Made by a program: the position numbers and the translations under genes. 64,000 nucleotides of DNA, taken from Salisapilia sapeloensis CBS 127946 (taxonomy: Eukaryota > Protista > Oomycota). Positions 56,638 to 64,000 of this stretch are shown here, piece after piece. The notes beneath the pieces are model-generated. The model saw nothing but the letters and a program-made list of their open reading frames with translations. It was not told the origin of the DNA and ran no database searches. The first letter of the stretch is position 1. Each line of letters begins with the position of its first letter. Location of the stretch: contig JAADVB010000044.1 in NCBI GenBank assembly GCA_023334545.1, forward strand, positions 33,102 through 97,101, written 5' to 3'.

Positions 56638-57810
56638 CTAATGCGCAATGTTCGAGCCGCTCTTGCTCGGTGCAGCAGTCGACATACCCGTCCTTGCATA
56701 CAGGACTTCGACGATGACCAAGATGATGTTGAGAACTATTGCAAAGTAGAGCTGCACGTAGAAGAGCGCATCTGAGTAGAAGATGGCAGTCAAGTATGCG
56801 ACGTAGAAACCAGAGACGTGTGCCGAGATGCCCATGAAGGAGGCAATGCGGGCCAAGTACTGGTACTTGCTAATGTATCGCTGGCGGTACTCTTCCGATG
56901 CTTTCGCGAGGAGAGACTGGCGTGCTTCCTCGGCCTTGACTGCTGCCTCCGTCGTCACGAGGTTCTGCAACGTCAAGTAGATGACGTAGATGCCTAGTAG
57001 GATCGTATCGAGAGCCCATGTCGTCTTTGCCTTGGCTTCCTTGTACTCTGCGCGAACGCTGTCGAGCGTTTCGCCATCGACTTCGGAGTATGGAAGAGAA
57101 TTCTCCATGTACACATTCTTCACTTTGTCATAGACGAGAGCGTGAACCCATAGCGATAAGCCAGCAATTGTCCCGACGGTATAGTACATGTACAGCTCAG
57201 TGTCCGTCGTGGCATACTTCTCGCCACAGATCATGGCCAAGATGATGCAGTGTGGTGCGATGACGAGACCATCTACAAAACCATCCAAGATACGCCCCGT
57301 GCGTGTACCACGCTTGCAAAGTCGGGCAACCTGTCCGTCAGCACAGTCAGAGACGATCCAGCAGAACATGAGTGCCGATGCATAGAAGAGCGATAGGTTG
57401 GGAGGCAAGTTGTACGGTTCGTGGAAAGTTGAGTCATACAAGAAACTAGCAGCCAGCCATCCGAGTCCTAGTCCGAAGATGGTGATCTGGTTGGGCGTAA
57501 TGACGATAGGCATGTAGCTGATGACAACCGCAACGACGGCAGCGAGGCGACGGTGGAAGTAGTAGTCAATCAGTTCCTCGACATCATACATTTTGGTTGA
57601 CACGGCATGGTTATACCGCTCCATGAGCGACAACGCATAATTTCTCGGGGACGACGCAGGAGTAGTCTCACGGCTGGACGGTGACGGCGAGTCCTCTGGG
57701 CTACCGGTCTTGGTCGTATGAATACGTTGTTTCATTTCTTTTTGCTTTTGCGCAGATGAGAAGCTCTCAGTCGTTCCGTAGTCTAAAGTATGCGTTTCCA
57801 AATTGCTCAT
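56638..57810 (-). CDS. CDP-alcohol phosphatidyltransferase family protein
   Basis: ITPNQIT and DCADGQVARLCKRGTRTGRILDGFVD match the DxxDGxxAR...G...D...D signature; start set at MSNLET. Confidence 0.92.
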   Translation of the reverse strand: MSNLETHTLDYGTTESFSSAQKQKEMKQRIHTTKTGSPEDSPSPSSRETTPASSPRNYALSLMERYNHAVSTKMYDVEELIDYYFHRRLAAVVAVVISYMPIVITPNQITIFGLGLGWLAASFLYDSTFHEPYNLPPNLSLFYASALMFCWIVSDCADGQVARLCKRGTRTGRILDGFVDGLVIAPHCIILAMICGEKYATTDTELYMYYTVGTIAGLSLWVHALVYDKVKNVYMENSLPYSEVDGETLDSVRAEYKEAKAKTTWALDTILLGIYVIYLTLQNLVTTEAAVKAEEARQSLLAKASEEYRQRYISKYQYLARIASFMGISAHVSGFYVAYLTAIFYSDALFYVQLYFAIVLNIILVIVEVLYARTGMSTAAPSKSGSNIAH

Positions 57811-58101
57811 GCGTCGATCAGGAGCAGGAGGGGCAGGACCAGGAAGCGTGATGTGCCTCGCGTCTGAAGTTTTGTTGTCACAAAGTGAGTGCTTTCTGGG
57901 ATGAGACGGTACATCACCCGAAGGGAGTATGCATGTCGAAGGTTGACAATAAGTTGATTGCATGCGTGCATGCAATGGATGATACGATGCTTACGTTGGC
58001 ATAAACATTCTGGAAGGTTTTGGATTTATATTTGTGTCTAGTTGAAAGATGTGATTGTCATGTACTAGTTCTAACGAATGTCTGGATAGATTGCGCGTCA
58101 C

Positions 58102-59593
58102 TTATGCCGAATGGTTTATACGATCGACTAGTGTGTGACAGAAACGTTTTAGTTGACTGGACGCGTTGCGAGTCTTCTCTATCATATCTAGTGTACGTTC
58201 ATTGTCGAGCTCGTGTAAAAGCACAAGAATCTCTAGACATTCGTCCTCCATCTCGTTTTGTTTCGTCAAGGTAAGTGTCGTCCCGGGGATCGGATCCTTC
58301 GTGACGGCACATATAGCTGCGATTCGAAGGACTGTCACGAACACCTCTTCCAGATGAGCTCGGATACGCACCCAAGCACTTAAGACTGTAGCCTTTAGAG
58401 TAAGTAGTGTCTCCAGCAGCAGCTCTGCATGCACTGCATCACAAGAGCCTGCTAAGACTTTAAGCAGAGGCTGGAGGTATTGAACGATGAAAAGACTGTG
58501 TGGAGCTCCCGTCGCTTGTACGATTGGTCTCAACCATCTCATGTAGACGGCGCGGAGCTCTTTATCCGTGGACATACTAGCGTTGTAGAGTAGCTTTGGA
58601 AGGTAGTGGTCATATAGTGCCAATTCGCCTTTCACAACGGATGAGAGCATTGCTAACGACGTCACGAGGCAGTCCAACGTCGGTTCTAAGGCAGAAGGCT
58701 CTCGAGTAGTGAGAGCTCGACCCAGCACATCTTGCACTACTTGAGAGTACCAATCCAGCTCCTCTTTGGAAACAGAATGCACGATATGACGCAGCATCTG
58801 CGCGCCAGCACGTCTAGTGTCATCCACGAGGTCATCTAGTAGAGGAAAGACGAGAGATAGGAGACGACCGAGGAGTTCTCCGCCAAAGACTGGACTGGAA
58901 ATGCCTTGGATGAGCCAATTCAAAGCATGCTTGTGGCAAGCCGATGCCTCGACCCAGTCTTCTTTCGACACTTTTGCCGAAAGGAACGATACGATATACG
59001 AAAGGCATGTCGTCCACGCTTGTTTAGAGGATGGAGCATTCTTGAGTAGCTCTTTGCAGGTACTAAAGACTTCATTCGCTCGAGCGTAGCACTCCATGTC
59101 TTCGGATCCTGCGAGGTGACAGCATAGAGGATAGCTGCATTGAAGAATGATACAGGATATGGATTGCAACTGGTGCTCCTGGATAGGACCGTTTGCTTCT
59201 TCAATGCGGCCTGCGTATGCAATTGGAACTTGGAGCAATCGTAAAAAGGTCGAGTCGAGTGTCAAGATTCGGTCATCCTTGCCCTCCTCCATCGCTCTTT
59301 GCATCATTTCAAAGTATTCCATCGACAGCATTGCAACGTCTTGAACCACATCAGCCCACTCATGGCCATACTTTTCGTACGCATGCTTATTCTCCAAAGC
59401 TGTCACCATCTCGTCCAAGACTTGTAGTCGCATCAGCTTGTCACTCTCTTCATCGACCAATCCCTGTCGCACTCGCTCTAGCCCACCACACTTCCATATT
59501 TCGACAGCATCTCTCGATGCTTCTACAGCTTCTCATAAGTAGCTATACACTCTACTTTTCATCTGATTCTCTACCTTGCTCCGATCGTGTCAT
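58102..59593 (-). CDS. TTI2: TELO2-interacting protein 2 (Tti2)-like HEAT protein
   Basis: Short first exon MTRSEQ spliced via 52-nt intron 59523-59574 into the long ORF; FPLLDDLVDDTRRAGAQML and SAWVRIRAHLEEV resemble the Tti2 C-terminal region. Confidence 0.65.
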
Positions 59594-59656
59594 CTTGTAT
59601 GAAAAGTTCCTCTTTTGGCATTTTCCAACGACCACCAAGTCAACACGTTGGACGAG

Positions 59657-61414
59657 ATGAAGCTCATCGACGAGATTCAAGGCCGTATTGACCGACAGGA
59701 ACCTTTCTATTCCTTCGAATACTTCCCTCCGAAGACGTCTGCCGGTGTAGATAATCTCTATGCAAGAATGGAACGTCTTGCGGAGCTCCACCCGTTATTC
59801 ACGGACGTGACGTGGCGAGCTGGTGGAGGTAGCGCAGACTTGACGCTTGAGCTCAGTGCGAATGCACAGAGGATGACTGGCATTCCGACGCTTATGCACA
59901 TGACGTGCACGAATGTGGAGGAAGAGGACCTGCGTGTAGCTCTTGATCGTGCTAAGGAAGCTGGTATCACGAATCTGCTGGCACTACGCGGTGATTCTGT
60001 CCATGGTCCGACGAAAGGCAAGTTCGAGCATGCTGTGGATCTCGTTCGCTTCATTCGAGAGACGCATGGTGATGATTTTTGCATCGGAGTAGCGGCGTAC
60101 CCGGAAGGTCATGAAGATGCAGTAGATAAGAAAACGGATTTGGAGTACTTGAAAGAGAAAGTGGATGCTGGAGCTGATTTCATCATCACTCAAATGTTCT
60201 ACGAAGCTCAAGTCTTCCTAGACTTTCTCTCCGACTGTCGATCCATCGGTATTACTGTACCGATCATCCCTGGAGTCATGCCCATCCATACGTACGGAGG
60301 TTTCGTCCGGATGACGTCCTTTACGAAAGCGCACGTGCCCACATCCGTGACGGAGGCGCTGGAGCCTATCAAGGCGGATGATGAAGCCGTGAAAGAGTAT
60401 GGTGTTCAAATGGCGACGGAAATGTGTCGCAAGCTACTGGATGCCGGTGTCCCTGGTCTTCACTTTTACACGCTTAATCTCGAACGCTCTGTACGTCGCA
60501 TCCTCGAAGCACTCCACATCGTTCCGTCTAGTCCTAGCAAGCGAGAGCTACCGTGGAGAGCATCGTCTGCCTCGAACTCTCGCGCGACGGAGAACGTGCG
60601 TCCGATCTACTGGTCCAACCGTCCGAAGAGCTACATTGAGCGCACAGCCATGTGGGACGAGTTCCCGAACGGTCGATGGGGCAACGTCGAAAGCCCTGCG
60701 TTCGGTGAACTCGTGGAAGCTCATTACGCGATGAACCACATTTCGACACGTGATCGAAAGGCGATGTGGGGCGAGTGTCCTGCATCGTTACAAGATGTCC
60801 AGGATACCTTTACCAAGTACGTTCGTGGTGACATCAAGGTCCTGCCTTGGTGTGACGCTCCTCTGCACCTTGAGACGCAACAGATCGGAGATGAACTTGT
60901 CAAAGCAATTGAAAATGGTTTCTTAACGATTAACAGCCAGCCACGTGTGAATGCAGCATCTTCGGATGATGTTATTTACGGATGGGGTGGCGCAGGCGGA
61001 CGTGTCTACCAAAAGGCATACGTCGAGTGCTTCGTGTCTCCAGAGAACATGAAGAAGGTGATTGAACGCGCCGATAAGATGCCTAACATCCAGTACCATG
61101 CCGTCGACTGTAATGGTCACTCGTACTCGAACGCAGGCAATGCAGCCGTCGCAGTTACGTGGGGTGTCTTCCCCCACAAGGAGATCTTACAGCCGACGAT
61201 CGTCGATAGTCGTAGCTTCTTGGTGTGGAAGGACGAAGCGTTTGCGCTGTGGTTGTCCATGTGGGCAGCACTTTACGACGATGACAGTCCGTCGTCCGAG
61301 TTGCTGCACAGTATCCACGATAACTATTTCCTCGTGAGCATCGTCGACAATAACTTTGTGAACGGCAACATTTGGGATGTCTTTCAAGAGGAAGCAACTA
61401 CAGAGTCTGCGTAA
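59657..61414 (+). CDS. MTHFR: Methylenetetrahydrofolate reductase (eukaryotic, with regulatory domain)
   Basis: SFEYFPPKT, DVTWRAGG, NLLALRGD, CIGVAAYPEGH, GLHFYTLN, WDEFPNGRWG, LTINSQP, GYVYQKAY-like GRVYQKAY, AVTWGVFP. Confidence 0.97.
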   Translation: MKLIDEIQGRIDRQEPFYSFEYFPPKTSAGVDNLYARMERLAELHPLFTDVTWRAGGGSADLTLELSANAQRMTGIPTLMHMTCTNVEEEDLRVALDRAKEAGITNLLALRGDSVHGPTKGKFEHAVDLVRFIRETHGDDFCIGVAAYPEGHEDAVDKKTDLEYLKEKVDAGADFIITQMFYEAQVFLDFLSDCRSIGITVPIIPGVMPIHTYGGFVRMTSFTKAHVPTSVTEALEPIKADDEAVKEYGVQMATEMCRKLLDAGVPGLHFYTLNLERSVRRILEALHIVPSSPSKRELPWRASSASNSRATENVRPIYWSNRPKSYIERTAMWDEFPNGRWGNVESPAFGELVEAHYAMNHISTRDRKAMWGECPASLQDVQDTFTKYVRGDIKVLPWCDAPLHLETQQIGDELVKAIENGFLTINSQPRVNAASSDDVIYGWGGAGGRVYQKAYVECFVSPENMKKVIERADKMPNIQYHAVDCNGHSYSNAGNAAVAVTWGVFPHKEILQPTIVDSRSFLVWKDEAFALWLSMWAALYDDDSPSSELLHSIHDNYFLVSIVDNNFVNGNIWDVFQEEATTESA

Positions 61415-61661
61415 GACCAAGCGTATGAATACGATGGTTGTCATTCGCTCTTCCTCCGCAAGTAAGCTCTGCCTGGATGATTGTCCACTACTACTGTCTC
61501 GTATGCAAAGGCACTAGGAAGCTGACGTCAACCAGATACATGCAGCATTTCGATATGTTTCCTTCGGACGAAAAGATAATACAAACCATCGAGTTGGCAT
61601 TGAATTCGACTTGTCGCAAAAGACGTTTATTATATGGATCGTAGTGGTCTAATGACTGCCT

Positions 61662-63302
61662 TTACTCTTCGTATTCGCTTTCGCCACGACCTTTGACTTG
61701 CTTGAGCGTATCCTTGTCGACCTTGTAGACGGAACCACCATTGTACCCGGCGTAGACCTTGGCAGTGATCTCGACTTGCGCGTCCTTGGGCACCAGCTCC
61801 TCTGGAATTGGAATGCGCTCGACGATCTCGATACCGGACTTAACGATCGCGTCGTACTTCATGTCACTCATCGAGACAAAGTAGTCGATCTTGGTGATAC
61901 CGAGCCAGTGCAATGCGTCTGGCATGAGAGCCTGGAAACGCACGTCTTGGATACCTGCTACGGCTTGCGTACAGTTGAAGTATTCTTCGGCACTGTCACC
62001 TCCTTCTTGTCTCTTTCGGAGGTTGTACACGAGGTACTTGGTCACTTCACCGAGAGCACGACCTTCCTTACGGAAGTAGACGATCACACCGACACCACCT
62101 TCTTGTGCTGTGCGTACGCAGACTTCAATCCCGTGCGCAAGGTACGGACGACAGGTGCAAATATCAGATCCAAACACGTCTGAGCCATTGCATTCGTCAT
62201 GGACACGTACAGCTACTTTCTTCGTCGGATCCGTCAGTGCGTCGACGTTGCCAAAGATGTAGATGGTGAGTCCTCCGATGGGCGGTAGGAAGACTTTCAA
62301 GTCAGAACGTGTGACGAGCTCTGGGTACATGCCGTTGGTTGCTTGGAAAATTTCCTGCCGCAAGTGCGATTCGGTCGTGTTAAAGCGCTTGGCGACACCA
62401 GGGAGGTACCAGACAGGGTCGACGGCTGCCTTGGTGATCACGAGCTGCGACGTGTCCTTGAGGATCTTGCCATCCGGCTTCAACCGACCGAGGCGAACAG
62501 CTTCATGGATCTCTGGTAGATCCATATGCGCTTTCGTGACGGCAATCGTTGGACGAATGTCGTAGCCTTTTTGATAGTGCTCCGGGAAAGCTTCGAGCAC
62601 ACAGTGTCCGAACGGGTCCATCGTGACAATCTTTTCTGGATCGGACCAAGAAGGATGTGGACCGATCTTGGCGGCCGGTGTTGTCATACCCAAATCTGGG
62701 AATGCATTCTAATGGTACGAACACGCAATTAGGATTTGATGCATCGGTAGAAATGATAATGGAAGAATCTACCTTGTCCATTGCACCTGCAGCAATCTAA
62801 GAGACAAAAGAGGAATAAGTAGAGGATGGAGTATACTGTAGAGGTAAACGTACCGCGAGACCACGGTAGACACAGTAGGAGCCGCCATGGGCTCCGATCG
62901 CGTTGCGGTACTTGTTGTGTCGGTTCGTGCCGATGATCGGACCACGCACATCGGGCTCTTTTTGTCCCCACTGAAGACAACAAGTAAACGTTAGACAAAC
63001 GGAAAGGTTCAATGTAGTGTACACGACTGAATTGGTGTGTATCATATCATGGGGAGACATACTCGAATGCGAACGGGGTCGACACCGAAGACTTCAGCGT
63101 GGGAAGTCAGAGAGACGTAGTAGGCATTTGGGTTAAACTCATCCTTGTGTTCAATCTGCTTGACGTCCTCGGCTACAGATAATGCTCGAATGAGTGCTGG
63201 AGGTCAAGTGACTAGAGCAGGTAGACACGTACCGTCGATGGACTTCTTCCGCTTCCCAAGCGTCGAGATGCGTTTCATGGGTGCATATTCAGGTGGACTC
63301 AT
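61662..63302 (-). CDS. GTP cyclohydrolase II-like protein with GTP_CH_N domain (Urg1-like), multi-exon
   Basis: RWGQKEPDVRGPI, RNAIGAHGGSYCVYRGLA, IGPHPSWSDPEKIVTMDP; zinc site RVHDECNGSDVFGSDICTCRPYL, RKEGRALGEVTKYLVYN. Confidence 0.9.
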
Positions 63303-63965
63303 TGTAACTCTGGGTTTTGCGAGAGACGGAGGGAATCTTGAGGGAGGAAAGGAAGGGAGAACGTTGACTTGACGGAGGAGAAGCAAATTCGGTTGTGAGC
63401 ACTTGCTGCTTGCTGCTTCGGGTGCCGCCTTCTTCAAGATTTCGAGCAGGCGTTCGTCTTGGAAAACAATGGGCGCTTTTGATTTTATTTTCGTATAGTA
63501 TAAACAGCCGTAATATGGACCAGCTTTTCACGATCAAATTGCATCTTGAGCAGAAACATGCATGTGGACATGAGTATGTGCAACGGAGCTTGGATGCACC
63601 GACGATTGGAGATACTGATGTAGCTTTTGTACGTCCACGTGGTAGCAAAAAGGTATAGTAAACTCGGTTTGAAATAGGTTAGAATTAAAACGATATAGGA
63701 TAAATAGGTTCACGTGTCAAGGAGCGTGTCTGTTGATATTCCTGACGAATTACTGCTCAGTCAACCTCTAGCATCTAATCTGAGTGTTGTTTTAACTGGA
63801 GTGTGGGTTCATGATGCTGTTTATCTCATTCACAGAATATTAAAAGCGAAATTAGTCGGGTTTGTTTGCTTGTTTGTTGTTTGGATTTGTGAATGTGCGT
63901 GGCGGGCGGCATGGGCTGCGCCGTGGGTGGGTGTACATTGAGGTAAAAAGGGAAAAGCAAGAGGC

Positions 63966-63970
63966 AAAAA
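63966..63970 (-). terminator. Pol III T5 terminator of the tRNA gene
   Basis: TTTTT 3 nt downstream of the discriminator base. Confidence 0.6.
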
Positions 63971-63973
63971 GAG

Positions 63974-64000
63974 AGCCTCCAGGCGGGATTGAACCACCGA
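63974..64000 (-). tRNA. 3' part of a tRNA gene (truncated by window end; possibly Thr)
   Basis: Minus strand TC-GGTGG-TTCAATC-CCGCC-TGGAGGC-T: T-arm with B-box, acceptor strand and U discriminator; anticodon lies outside the window. Confidence 0.8.

Overview
Gene-dense eukaryotic DNA with short (about 50-70 nt) GT-AG introns. Gene content points to a zoospore-forming oomycete (inference from a fungal-type FAS, oomycete-style GTACGT/GTAAGT donors, and the flagellar genes TTC29 and SPAG16/PF20). About 27 protein genes, mostly housekeeping, are packed in head-to-head pairs with very short promoters. There is also one complete 350-bp TA-flanked MITE and the 3' end of a tRNA at the window edge. 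Two unusual architectures stand out. (1) A MULE-transposase-derived WRKY/GCM1-type zinc DNA-binding domain is spliced in frame to an intact NAD(P)-dependent beta-hydroxyacid dehydrogenase; the ORF track shows these as two separate ORFs. (2) An MFS transporter carries a CRAL-TRIO/Sec14 lipid-binding domain and an FFAT-like motif between its two halves. Also notable: a single-chain FAS with tandem ACPs, a CDE/CHR-like element upstream of the mitotic cyclin, and a MITE sitting in the SUN-gene promoter. All family assignments come from motif recognition by eye; no database searches were run.
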